DNA of 64,000 nucleotides. It comes from Pseudomonas phage BRkr. How positions within the stretch are numbered: the first letter of the stretch is position 1; each line of letters begins with the position of its first letter. This document shows positions 38,476-47,244 of this stretch, piece by piece. Position numbers and translations under genes: made by a program. The stretch lies in sequence record LC765218.1; one strand, written 5' to 3'. Below the pieces are notes generated by a model, which ran no database searches, was not told where the DNA came from, and saw only the letters and a list, made by a program, of their open reading frames with translations.

Positions 38476-40242
38476 ATGTCTAATGCTCTCTATGCTGCAA
38501 CTGCTACTGACTGCTACAAACCCGGTCATGGTGCTCTGTACCCGAAAGGTACTGAACGTAAATATGCTAACTTCACCCCGCGCTCTGCTAAGCAGTTCCT
38601 GCGGTCGAAGTCTTGCTCTGCGTTCTACGATAACAAAGTCGTTAACTTCGGGTTGCAAGGTACCTGGCACGAACTGGTAGAACTGTGGGATCGCACCTTC
38701 TTCAATCTGCCTCGTGAAATTGCCGTCAAACGTGCACAACGTCGTTTCGACAACATGTGCGGTAAAGGCGTAATCAAACATGAGTGTCTGTACAAACTAC
38801 ATGAACTGGGTTATCTGCCTCTGACTGTACTGGCTATTGATGAAGGTGAACGTGTTAACATTGGTGTTCCAACTTTCGTAGTTTACAACAGTCTGGATGA
38901 CGATGATCATTACTGGCTGGTGAACTATCTGGAAACCATCGTTAGTTCGTACAACTGGAAAATGATTTGCAACGCAACCATCGCTGCTGAATACCAACGT
39001 GTATTGAACCATTATGCTGACCGTACTTGCGATAACCGTGAGCACGTTAAGTTCCAAGCACATGATTTCAGCTTCCGTGGTATGAGTGGCCCTGAAGATG
39101 CAATGCGTTCTGGCTCGGCTCACCTGACTAGCTTCGCTGGTACTGATACCATCCCGGCACTTGATTACGCTGAGATGTATTACGGTGCTAATAGCGATAC
39201 TGAACTGTTGGGTGCTTCGGTTACTGCAACCGAACACGCTGTAGCCACTACCAACATCCTGTACCGTTTGCAAATGAAGATCAACTTCCTCAAAGAGGAA
39301 GGTACTGTGATCACGCCGGAACTGCATGACAAACTGCGACTGGAAGCTGAACGTGACTACATTCTGGAGATCATTCTTCAGAAAGTTCCGGAAGGCATCA
39401 TCTCGCTGGTCTGTGATTCCTTCGACTTCTGGGGTGTTATCTCTGATGTTCTCCCGAGCATCCGTGCAGAAATCGAAAGTCGTCTGAAGAATGAACTTGG
39501 CCTTGCCAGGGTTGTTGTTCGTCCTGACTCCGGTGATCCGGTTAAAGTTATTACTGGCTACATGGCTTACCCGACTGAGTTTGCAGATCGCGCTGATTTC
39601 GAGAAGCACATCGGTGAACTGGGGTCCATTGAGTTCAGTGGCTACGAAGTTGTACGTATCGCAGGCGAATACTACGAGATCAATCACATTGCTTCGTTGC
39701 TCTCCGATTTCCTGTCTGAAAAGACTATCCCGGAAGTTGAAGTACGTGGTGCGATTGAAGTCCTGTGGGATTCCTTTGGCGGTACTGTTAACGGTAAAGG
39801 CTTCAAATGCCTGAACGAATATGTTGGCCTGATCTATGGCGATTCGATTACTGTAGAACGTACCGAGCAGATCATGTCTCGCTTGGAACGTAAAGGCTAC
39901 GCCTCTAGTAACGTCGTTCTCGGTATTGGTAGCTACACCTATCAGTACAACACTCGCGATACGTTCGGTATGGCCGTTAAAGCCACTGCTGTTCAGATCG
40001 AAGAGGAATTCGTAGAGCTGTATAAAGATCCAAAAGCTGCATCTAGTAAGAAGTCTGCAAAAGGTTTCCTTCGTGTAATTAAAGATGAAGAAGGTAACTT
40101 CGTTCTTGAACAAGAAGCCGACATGTCTTGGGCGACTCTGGAGACAGAATCCGGCGAATTGAAGCTGTTCTTTAAGAATGGTGAATTCTACAAGAACGAC
40201 ACGATGGCAAAAATCCGGGAACGGATTGCGACCTCTCTGTAA
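38476..40242 (+). CDS. nadV: nicotinamide phosphoribosyltransferase family enzyme (NAMPT/NadV or Namat-like)
   Basis: N-terminal AATATDCYKPGH matches the NAMPT TDSYK block; ~590 aa; GAGGA RBS before the ATG at 38476. Confidence 0.75.
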   Translation: MSNALYAATATDCYKPGHGALYPKGTERKYANFTPRSAKQFLRSKSCSAFYDNKVVNFGLQGTWHELVELWDRTFFNLPREIAVKRAQRRFDNMCGKGVIKHECLYKLHELGYLPLTVLAIDEGERVNIGVPTFVVYNSLDDDDHYWLVNYLETIVSSYNWKMICNATIAAEYQRVLNHYADRTCDNREHVKFQAHDFSFRGMSGPEDAMRSGSAHLTSFAGTDTIPALDYAEMYYGANSDTELLGASVTATEHAVATTNILYRLQMKINFLKEEGTVITPELHDKLRLEAERDYILEIILQKVPEGIISLVCDSFDFWGVISDVLPSIRAEIESRLKNELGLARVVVRPDSGDPVKVITGYMAYPTEFADRADFEKHIGELGSIEFSGYEVVRIAGEYYEINHIASLLSDFLSEKTIPEVEVRGAIEVLWDSFGGTVNGKGFKCLNEYVGLIYGDSITVERTEQIMSRLERKGYASSNVVLGIGSYTYQYNTRDTFGMAVKATAVQIEEEFVELYKDPKAASSKKSAKGFLRVIKDEEGNFVLEQEADMSWATLETESGELKLFFKNGEFYKNDTMAKIRERIATSL

Positions 40243-40250
40243 TAGACATG

Positions 40251-40275
40251 GGGAGCTTCGGCTCCCCTTTATGTC
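40251..40275 (+). terminator. terminator ggggagcTTCGgctcccc + TTTATG
   Basis: 7-bp stem. Confidence 0.65.
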
Positions 40276-40284
40276 ATAAAAAAG

Positions 40285-40305
40285 ATTTCAAATCTATATT
40301 ACTCT
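40285..40305 (+). promoter_or_regulatory. class A promoter-like motif (TTCAAATCTATATTACTC)
   Basis: CTATATTAC 30 nt upstream of the ATG at 40332. Confidence 0.5.
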
Positions 40306-40331
40306 CTTGTATCCACAACGAGGTAACTGCA

Positions 40332-40730
40332 ATGTCGAATAAAGACCGTTTAGATGAAAAGAAAGAATGGCAAGAATCGAACCCAGTTCTCAATGAGTTC
40401 TGCTGGACTATAAGTCGTACCATGGGCGACGTAGCACGTACCAGTGACGACCGTACTCCCATTGTCGATATCCCTGCTGGAAAGACTTATGAAATCACTA
40501 CCAACCAGGAGAACGATATTTATAATGTCGGTCTTGAAACTGGTATGGTGAACTTCGTTGATCACCTACGCGAGAATGGTTACAAGATCATCTCGCCGGT
40601 AAGTGGGCATCCTGTCCCATTTGAGCAAGCTGTAACCTTGGTAAATAGCACAGAGCAGGTCGTACAAGAACTACCTGGTAAGTCTTTCGTTGAAACCTTC
40701 TATGATTATAACTGGGGTGTGAATACATGA
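40332..40730 (+). CDS. hypothetical protein (132 aa)
   Basis: ATG after the promoter-like motif; the ORF-track start at 40248 lies inside the terminator. Confidence 0.45.
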   Translation: MSNKDRLDEKKEWQESNPVLNEFCWTISRTMGDVARTSDDRTPIVDIPAGKTYEITTNQENDIYNVGLETGMVNFVDHLRENGYKIISPVSGHPVPFEQAVTLVNSTEQVVQELPGKSFVETFYDYNWGVNT

Positions 40731-40933
40731 TCGCAGCGCCGCCGACACCGGGTAAAGTAACGATAGATGGTTTACGTCGAACGTTGTCAGATCAGATTGA
40801 AGCTGAAATTTCATTGGCTTGTCGTGAAATTGAACTGACAGACATTCGTTATGTAGATCAAAAAGAAATACTCGAAATAGTGCGGCGGTTCCGTAATGAC
40901 GTTCGCACAACCATCACTGATAAAGGTAAATAA
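40727..40933 (+). CDS. hypothetical small protein (68 aa)
   Basis: Overlap coupling. Confidence 0.4.
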   Translation: MIAAPPTPGKVTIDGLRRTLSDQIEAEISLACREIELTDIRYVDQKEILEIVRRFRNDVRTTITDKGK

Positions 40934-40934
40934 A

Positions 40935-42290
40935 ATGACGATTGAAATGGATGAATTGAAACCGATCCGCGAAGGTTTTGGTGTAGTAGAAGAAACTCGT
41001 AAGCTTGCACGCATTGTTGAGATCGATGATGTTGTGAAACACCCTAATGCCGATGCTCTGGAATTGGCTATTGTTGGTGGTTGGCAACTTTGTGTAAAGA
41101 TGGGCGAATATAAGAAAGGTGATCGCGCTATTTACTGCGAGATTGATTCTCTTCTTCCTCTGGATAACGTTAAGCTCTTCGGTTTTCTTGAGAGCCGTCG
41201 GTCCGACAATCGACGTGTAGACGGTAAAAACTATCATCGTTTGAAAACTATCAAGCTTCGTAAAGAGCTCTCTCAAGGACTACTGGTTCCGATTCCCGAT
41301 GAGTTCAAAGATGAACCCGTTGATACTAACCTGACCCTGAAGCTGGGTATCCTTAAGTACGAGTCTGCTCCTCCGATGGTATCGAAGGCTCATGCAGCAC
41401 GTAACGCTCCGTGGATCGTTAAGCTTGGTGCCAAGCTGATTGGTAATCTGGGTGGCGCTCTGAAACCGTGGCCTGAGATGCTAACTAAGTCCGATCAAGA
41501 CCGCATTCAGAATAAGACCGTTGCGTTTTATAACCTGAAAGAAGACGGTGATGACATGGAAGTTACCTATAAGCTGGATGGTAGCTCCATGACCGTATTC
41601 TGTGTCGATGACAAAGGTATTCGTACTGGCGTTTGTTCGCGGAACTACGAACTCGGAATGGGTGGTGAGAAGTGGGGATTCATCCAGCAGCTTCGGTATT
41701 GGGTTGGTAACTTCCTTATCCGTAACCGTAATCTGTTCCGTAAGAAGACCTGGGTTACTCCAGAAGGTAAACTTCGTAATGGTATTATTCTGCCCCTTTG
41801 GACGAAAGGTACCGCTATCGAAGACAATAACTTCGTACGTGTAACTAACCAACAACAGATCATCGAACGTCTTCTCAAGTTCCACAAGAACACCGGTCGC
41901 TTCATTTCTGTACAAGGGGAACTGATTGGACCATCTATTCAAGATAACTTTGAAGAAGTGGCTGATTACGATTATTACATCTTCAACGTATATGAGGATG
42001 GTAATCGTGAACTCCTGCCGGCCGAAGCACGAGCTGTTGTAAAAGACCTTGGTCTGAATTATGTTCCCGTACTTGACCCGTGCTGGAAACCTTCTAAGGA
42101 AATGTCTGTTAAAGATGTTCTCGCTATGGCTGAAGGTCCATCTGCATTTAAGAACAAGCGCGGATACCGGGAAGGTCTGGTATTTAAGTCCAACCAACGT
42201 GTTCTGTCGTGGAAAGCCATTTCGACTAATTATCTCTTGAAGAAAGAGAAAGAAGAAGAGAAAGCAGCTGCTAAAGAAGACGCTGTATAA
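40935..42290 (+). CDS. ATP-dependent RNA ligase with an N-terminal tRNA-binding-type OB domain (Rnl5-like architecture)
   Basis: N-terminal VVKHPNADALELAIVGGWQLCVKMGEYKKGDRAIYCEIDSLLP resembles the tRNA-binding OB (Myf/Trbp111) fold. Nucleotidyltransferase motif I TYKLDGSS (KxDG), motif IV-like GYREGLVFK, Lys-rich C-terminus. Confidence 0.6.
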   Translation: MTIEMDELKPIREGFGVVEETRKLARIVEIDDVVKHPNADALELAIVGGWQLCVKMGEYKKGDRAIYCEIDSLLPLDNVKLFGFLESRRSDNRRVDGKNYHRLKTIKLRKELSQGLLVPIPDEFKDEPVDTNLTLKLGILKYESAPPMVSKAHAARNAPWIVKLGAKLIGNLGGALKPWPEMLTKSDQDRIQNKTVAFYNLKEDGDDMEVTYKLDGSSMTVFCVDDKGIRTGVCSRNYELGMGGEKWGFIQQLRYWVGNFLIRNRNLFRKKTWVTPEGKLRNGIILPLWTKGTAIEDNNFVRVTNQQQIIERLLKFHKNTGRFISVQGELIGPSIQDNFEEVADYDYYIFNVYEDGNRELLPAEARAVVKDLGLNYVPVLDPCWKPSKEMSVKDVLAMAEGPSAFKNKRGYREGLVFKSNQRVLSWKAISTNYLLKKEKEEEKAAAKEDAV

Positions 42291-42299
42291 CGACATAAA

Positions 42300-42326
42300 G
42301 GGAGCTCTAGCTCCCTTTTTATTTTT
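42300..42326 (+). terminator. terminator gggagcTCTAgctccc + T-tract
   Basis: 6-bp stem followed by TTTTTATTTTT. Confidence 0.65.
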
Positions 42327-42343
42327 GTCAAGAAGGTGAATAT

Positions 42344-42730
42344 ATGTCACAAGCTCTAAAATTCCTGACTCGTAATTTGGATAGTGAAGAACTATACCTG
42401 ATATTGAACTGGAAGACCGATAAGGTTCTCTCTCCTATTCTTCAGACAGTTGGTATCCTATCTGAAGAAATGGGTGAAGAAGGGCGACGCGTCTACTATA
42501 AGTTCGATAACGCCATTTGGAAACTTTGTCGACTTATCCGGGCCGAACATAATCTTCCAGAGTTCCAAGAAGATCTCATCAGTGTTGTTCGCAACTACTT
42601 TAAGTTTATCTGGCGTGACGATGGATTCAATATTGTTATCTTTGAAGAACCTGGATATGCTCGTGTCGAGTATAGTACTACCATTGACGTAATGGACATC
42701 TTCCATGAAGGTAAACCTCGTCGGCTCTAA
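42344..42730 (+). CDS. hypothetical protein (128 aa)
   Basis: ORF only. Confidence 0.45.
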   Translation: MSQALKFLTRNLDSEELYLILNWKTDKVLSPILQTVGILSEEMGEEGRRVYYKFDNAIWKLCRLIRAEHNLPEFQEDLISVVRNYFKFIWRDDGFNIVIFEEPGYARVEYSTTIDVMDIFHEGKPRRL

Positions 42731-42986
42731 GAAAACCATAACTGCATTGCTGTATAACAACAATGTATATTCGTTTGCTTTCTTTGCTGAGACAATCAGG
42801 AAAGCTATTGAAGCGTATGACCCAAATCAGCGCTTCACCATCAGCTATCGTCGTTATATGCCACTATGGCAGAAAATCCGGATGACGATATTCCGCCAAT
42901 ACTCGGATCAGATGTATGTCAATCAAATAAGGATCCAGCTTCAGACGGACAAAACCTGGGAAACTATTCTTGACGTAGAGGGATAA
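42705..42986 (+). CDS. hypothetical protein (93 aa)
   Basis: 26-nt overlap with the upstream gene. Confidence 0.35.
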   Translation: MKVNLVGSKKTITALLYNNNVYSFAFFAETIRKAIEAYDPNQRFTISYRRYMPLWQKIRMTIFRQYSDQMYVNQIRIQLQTDKTWETILDVEG

Positions 42987-42988
42987 AC

Positions 42989-43438
42989 ATGTCAATATTT
43001 TACCGTTACGCTAGTCAACCTAAAACAGAAATTGTTTGGTGGAATCCCATTAGTTGGATTAAACGTGGTTGGCAAGAACTCACCACAGCTAATGCATCTG
43101 ATGGACACACGTTCTTTACAGCGTTATATTTCTGTTCTCTCCTTCTGTCAATGTGGTTGATCCATATTCTATTCGTGGGTTGGTTCCGTTGTCTGTTTAT
43201 ACCTCGGTGTTGGATTGGTCGAGTTGATCAGCTGAAGGAAGGTTACATTTATGATTGGGGTACTTACACGAAAGAGGCTAGAGAATGTATTCTAGCTAAT
43301 TCTGATAGCCCTCACGCAATTGTAAAAATCGTTGAACGAGTTAATCCAATCTTCATGGCAGATGAAGGTTTCTGTAGTATATACTCACCTAACTACAAAT
43401 GGAAACGAAGCTGGCGTGAACTTTTTTCTCGGAATTAG
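42989..43438 (+). CDS. membrane protein (149 aa)
   Basis: Hydrophobic LYFCSLLLSMWLIHILFVGWF segment. Confidence 0.4.
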   Translation: MSIFYRYASQPKTEIVWWNPISWIKRGWQELTTANASDGHTFFTALYFCSLLLSMWLIHILFVGWFRCLFIPRCWIGRVDQLKEGYIYDWGTYTKEARECILANSDSPHAIVKIVERVNPIFMADEGFCSIYSPNYKWKRSWRELFSRN

Positions 43439-43490
43439 AAAATACCGAGTTAACTGATAATGTGTTATTAACTATAAACAGGAAACGAAA

Positions 43491-44048
43491 ATGTCTCAAG
43501 AAATCGATTTGACTGTATCTCCGCTGGAACCTCGTAAAGAGACTCCCCTACAACCGACTGACGTTTTTGACATCGTCCGTAAGTGTGGTCTTACTGAAGA
43601 CTTTAAACGTCTCTGCTATGAAGATGCCACTCCAGAAGAACTCGATTTTAATCCTGACGTAGTTACTGTCTACCGTCATGATCTCGGATTGAAATTCCTT
43701 CGTGGTAAAAATCTGCCGACTACGCTGGAAGATCTGAAGGATCGAACTGAAGTTCTGTTTGAAACCATGACTGCTGGTAAGATTGACTATAAAGCCGGTG
43801 AAATGATTGTTCTTTTCCCTCGCCCTGTTTATAGTGGTAGCGATCTTAAAAATAACATGGTCATTGCCATTGTTAAAGAAGACTTTAAGTTCGAATCTGA
43901 CGTAGATCTTAACTGTGGCGGCGAAGAGAATTTCGAAATTGCGATGCGCCCCTATGTAGAAGGTGGACAACTGGAACTGGTTACTAATCCTGGTCTTCGT
44001 GTGTATAGCGCGTATGAACGTTGGACTTTCCTGGAACGGTTTAAATGA
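43491..44048 (+). CDS. hypothetical protein (185 aa)
   Basis: Preceded by paired GTTAAC palindromes at 43452-43478. Confidence 0.45.
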   Translation: MSQEIDLTVSPLEPRKETPLQPTDVFDIVRKCGLTEDFKRLCYEDATPEELDFNPDVVTVYRHDLGLKFLRGKNLPTTLEDLKDRTEVLFETMTAGKIDYKAGEMIVLFPRPVYSGSDLKNNMVIAIVKEDFKFESDVDLNCGGEENFEIAMRPYVEGGQLELVTNPGLRVYSAYERWTFLERFK

Positions 44049-44614
44049 AAATTCTTGAACAACTGACACAAAAAGGTCTGCTTGACGAATTCATTTCTGA
44101 ATTTTGTACGACCTCTGCTCTCGGTCCACAAGTTATTTCAGATCGTCTTCCCGATGCCAAGAAATGGTTGGAAAGTCATTCTATCACATTTGAGTCGAAG
44201 GGGAGCATCGAAAGAACCCCTCGGCTCATTGCAGAATCTGATTTCCGTATTGATCAATGGATGCGTGTTGTAAACAATAAGCTGGACTATCTTGAGACAG
44301 CTTATGATAAAGCAATTGAACAAGGGGTTAGTCTAAATAACAGCTTCTTCAATTACGATATCAGTGTCCTGTATACTCTTGATAAAAAGCGTCTAGATGC
44401 TTACCCAATAACTGTCGCTCGGGTTAGAGCCTTTGCAGAGAAGATCGGTGCGCAACCTTATCGTCTTCTTAATGGCGATATTAATACGAGGATAGCTTAT
44501 GAGGAAGAATACTACGCCGCGTACGTCAAGGAACCATATAAGGCGATCATGGGAAACCCCGACTACTACAAGGAAACCATCGAAGCCGCGAATGAATGCT
44601 ACGGACGTCCGTGA
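44045..44614 (+). CDS. hypothetical protein (189 aa)
   Basis: ATGA overlap coupling. Confidence 0.45.
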   Translation: MKILEQLTQKGLLDEFISEFCTTSALGPQVISDRLPDAKKWLESHSITFESKGSIERTPRLIAESDFRIDQWMRVVNNKLDYLETAYDKAIEQGVSLNNSFFNYDISVLYTLDKKRLDAYPITVARVRAFAEKIGAQPYRLLNGDINTRIAYEEEYYAAYVKEPYKAIMGNPDYYKETIEAANECYGRP

Positions 44615-44870
44615 TATTTATCGCGACATCGAATCGTTAGTTCCTGTCCCACCTCCATTGAAAGAACCAATTCCAGTGAGTGTCGATCCAGTCTATTCGA
44701 CGATAGACATAGATTGGAATGAGAAGAAATCTGGTGTCAAGTTTGTACCCAGAGAACGATTCAATCTGTTTGACGGTATATCGCCGTGGACATGGTTCTG
44801 CATCGCCTTTCTCTCTGGATGTTGGATTGGTATCGAAATCATTAGCGCTTACTTAACGAGGTCATTATGA
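44592..44870 (+). CDS. small membrane protein (92 aa)
   Basis: C-terminal TM segment WTWFCIAFLSGCWIGIEIISAYL; start moved from 44499. Confidence 0.35.
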   Translation: MNATDVRDIYRDIESLVPVPPPLKEPIPVSVDPVYSTIDIDWNEKKSGVKFVPRERFNLFDGISPWTWFCIAFLSGCWIGIEIISAYLTRSL

Positions 44871-45178
44871 GTCTGCTCCTTTCTGCTTGTCAACGACTGC
44901 ATGCTATCGCCACTGTTGGTTTCCCCAACTATCTAAAAGATCGAGCTACTTTTGTTGGAGATAAGGAGTATATTCTCCAGGTAATTGCACATTTCGAAAA
45001 GTATCACTGGACTGAACAGTTGAGTGAAGCTATCAATGATTATGTACGCAGTCGTAAGAAAGCGCGTACATGGACAGTCACCGTTGTACCTTCGATTCTT
45101 CAACCTGGTACAGCTCTGTTTAAGTTCAAAGGTGACGATGGTAGTACTCTTTCTATTCGCATTAGGAAAGCTCTATGA
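44867..45178 (+). CDS. hypothetical protein (103 aa)
   Basis: ATGA coupling. Confidence 0.4.
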   Translation: MSLLLSACQRLHAIATVGFPNYLKDRATFVGDKEYILQVIAHFEKYHWTEQLSEAINDYVRSRKKARTWTVTVVPSILQPGTALFKFKGDDGSTLSIRIRKAL

Positions 45179-45280
45179 GAGACGATTATGAAGGTTTCTG
45201 ATTCTTGGGAAGACTACATCTTCTCTTAACGTCATATAAGCCCGGCGTTAGCTGGGCTTTATATCGATTAGGGTATTCCG

Positions 45281-45748
45281 ATGTCAGCAAAAAATAAAAT
45301 CAACATAGATCTATACGAAGTGTATCTCCGCTTCATTTATTTGAATCAGGCGATAAAACTTCCACGTACTGAATTCGAGCAATTCAAAAAAGAGTTTGTC
45401 AGAAAGGTACGCTATTTTTATAAAAACGTAACCAGAGCTCCTCTCATCTGGAACAATAGTCATTATCTCGTTCAACTTTACAGAGTAATGGTTGAAGAAG
45501 ATAAAGAAGCTATTCAAAAAGAAATTCAAACCGAACTCGATTGGCTGTTCGATATTTGTCGTATTTGGATCGACTCTCCTAATTGGAATGGAGTCGGTGT
45601 AGATGAGTATGTTTACCGAACAGATCTATTCCATATCGAATCTTATTACAGATGGGTTTGGAATAGAAGGGCAGAAATTGTTTATCCTCCCTTCTCAGAA
45701 ATCAAAGAAATCTACATCGCCATCGAAAAAGAACTTGAAGGAAAATAA
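45281..45748 (+). CDS. hypothetical protein (155 aa)
   Basis: ORF after the hairpin at 45239-45266. Confidence 0.45.
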   Translation: MSAKNKINIDLYEVYLRFIYLNQAIKLPRTEFEQFKKEFVRKVRYFYKNVTRAPLIWNNSHYLVQLYRVMVEEDKEAIQKEIQTELDWLFDICRIWIDSPNWNGVGVDEYVYRTDLFHIESYYRWVWNRRAEIVYPPFSEIKEIYIAIEKELEGK

Positions 45749-45749
45749 A

Positions 45750-46310
45750 ATGCAATCCAACAGTATCCGTAATCAAATCCTCGTTATGACCGATGACCCT
45801 GCTACCAGCCTGGCTATTCGCAATGTGCTTTCTAATGGGTTGACATCTCTTGGTCTTAACCACGAAGTAATGCACACCGGTCGTGAAGACTATGATAATC
45901 TCGATCCCGCTGTAATCTTGGGTAAGTTCAAAGAAGACAAGTATCATCTCACTGTCAGTGAACATGCTATTCATCCATGTGGAACCAAAGTGTCTCCACC
46001 GGTGAATAATGCAATTAACCCACTTTGGAGTAAAGAACTCCGCATTGCTGTTCTTGGTGGTACTCATCGTGGTAAATTAATTCTGTGTAGCGCCATTTAC
46101 CACATTCTGGTAGAACACCTGAAACTGGTTGATGCTAACAAGTTCACTCTACGTGATATCGATGGTCCTCGTTTCGCCATCGAGTGTCCTCTTGGTACAG
46201 AGCATTGGCCTGCTGCGGCTGAAGCCATTAGTCGTTGGGGTATCGATCTGCGTTCGGTGTTCCTGGAATCTACCCAGAGTCTCGATCCGATTCTGCGTCG
46301 CTCCATCTGA
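45750..46310 (+). CDS. hypothetical protein (186 aa)
   Basis: ATG directly after the upstream stop. Contains GGTHRGK, but not a canonical Walker A. Confidence 0.4.
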   Translation: MQSNSIRNQILVMTDDPATSLAIRNVLSNGLTSLGLNHEVMHTGREDYDNLDPAVILGKFKEDKYHLTVSEHAIHPCGTKVSPPVNNAINPLWSKELRIAVLGGTHRGKLILCSAIYHILVEHLKLVDANKFTLRDIDGPRFAIECPLGTEHWPAAAEAISRWGIDLRSVFLESTQSLDPILRRSI

Positions 46311-46316
46311 ATCACG

Positions 46317-46350
46317 GGGAGCTTCGGCTCCCCTTTGTTCTTTTCTTTTT
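46317..46350 (+). terminator. terminator ggggagcTTCGgctcccc + T-rich tail
   Basis: 7-bp stem followed by TTTGTTCTTTTCTTTTTTT. Confidence 0.65.
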
Positions 46351-46364
46351 TTGCATTTAAATAC

Positions 46365-46385
46365 ATTAAAAACCTATATTACCAA
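46365..46385 (+). promoter_or_regulatory. class A promoter-like motif (TTAAAAACCTATATTACCAA)
   Basis: CTATATTAC downstream of a terminator, upstream of 46455. Confidence 0.5.
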
Positions 46386-46454
46386 TTTGATATTCGTAAA
46401 GATATCATTCAAATACGTAAAGAAGATCATCGATAGTCCATAGAGGAATGTTCC

Positions 46455-46859
46455 ATGAACACCGAAATCCAAACCAGCGTACATATCACCATTCTGCAAC
46501 GCATTGCAGAAGCTGTATTCGTTTACTATAATAACGCTTTCCGTCGTGAAGCTGCTAATGCCCTCCCCACTGTTGAGGTTGGTGACGCTACTGTTACCTT
46601 CCATCATCGCTCCGTTGATCGTCGCCTGAGCTATGTCGTTGCTGAAGTAAAGGTATCTGATCGTCTGTGGAACGTCGTACAGGAATATAGCTATGGCGTC
46701 CCTGGTGGCATTGACTTCCAACTAGTTGGAGGTACAGTTTCTGATGACATCATTTCGGATATGGAAGAAGTGAACAGTTTGTTTACAGAGGCAGTTGCAT
46801 ACTGTTCCTCTAACTTCGATCAATACGGTAAACCTATCACGGTTAAAACTAAAGTCTAA
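46455..46859 (+). CDS. hypothetical protein (134 aa)
   Basis: ORF only. Confidence 0.45.
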   Translation: MNTEIQTSVHITILQRIAEAVFVYYNNAFRREAANALPTVEVGDATVTFHHRSVDRRLSYVVAEVKVSDRLWNVVQEYSYGVPGGIDFQLVGGTVSDDIISDMEEVNSLFTEAVAYCSSNFDQYGKPITVKTKV

Positions 46860-46895
46860 CTGTTTCTTCTAACCCACATTGCAAGGATTTAATTT

Positions 46896-47234
46896 ATGGA
46901 TACCGATAAGCGTTATCAAGAGCTGTGGAAGAAAACAATAGTCATGGTTGTCACCGATACGGTCATGTCGCATCCAAGTTGCTTGGATAAAGAGCATGTA
47001 CATTTCTGCGATGGGACACAGGTGATAATCGGTGATACCAGTTTTGATCCGGAAGTAAAAACCTGGACAATCGCCGTAGGTACCGGTCCTGGTATCCTTC
47101 ACTTCGATGTGACCGTTCATGACGGTGGCGTAATAATTAATGACTACGCTAGTCGCGGTTGTATCGAATCTGCTGAGCTATACCGTGACTGTGCGCAGGT
47201 TCTTGTGAAATGGGCCGAGTATGTAACTCGATAA
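46896..47234 (+). CDS. hypothetical protein (112 aa)
   Basis: ORF only. Confidence 0.45.
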   Translation: MDTDKRYQELWKKTIVMVVTDTVMSHPSCLDKEHVHFCDGTQVIIGDTSFDPEVKTWTIAVGTGPGILHFDVTVHDGGVIINDYASRGCIESAELYRDCAQVLVKWAEYVTR

Positions 47235-47244
47235 GGAAAAAGTA

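Noticed and set aside
44499-44870. Longer 123-aa reading of the ORF starting at 44499 (MRKNTTPRTSRNH...)
   Set aside because: Its first 31 codons overlap the end of the upstream gene in another frame and read as low-complexity basic sequence. The internal ATG at 44592 gives a compact membrane protein with normal overlap coupling.
45750-46310. P-loop kinase call for the 186-aa protein containing VLGGTHRGKL
   Set aside because: The Gly-Lys is followed by Leu rather than Ser/Thr and there is no Walker B. This is not enough for an NTPase call.
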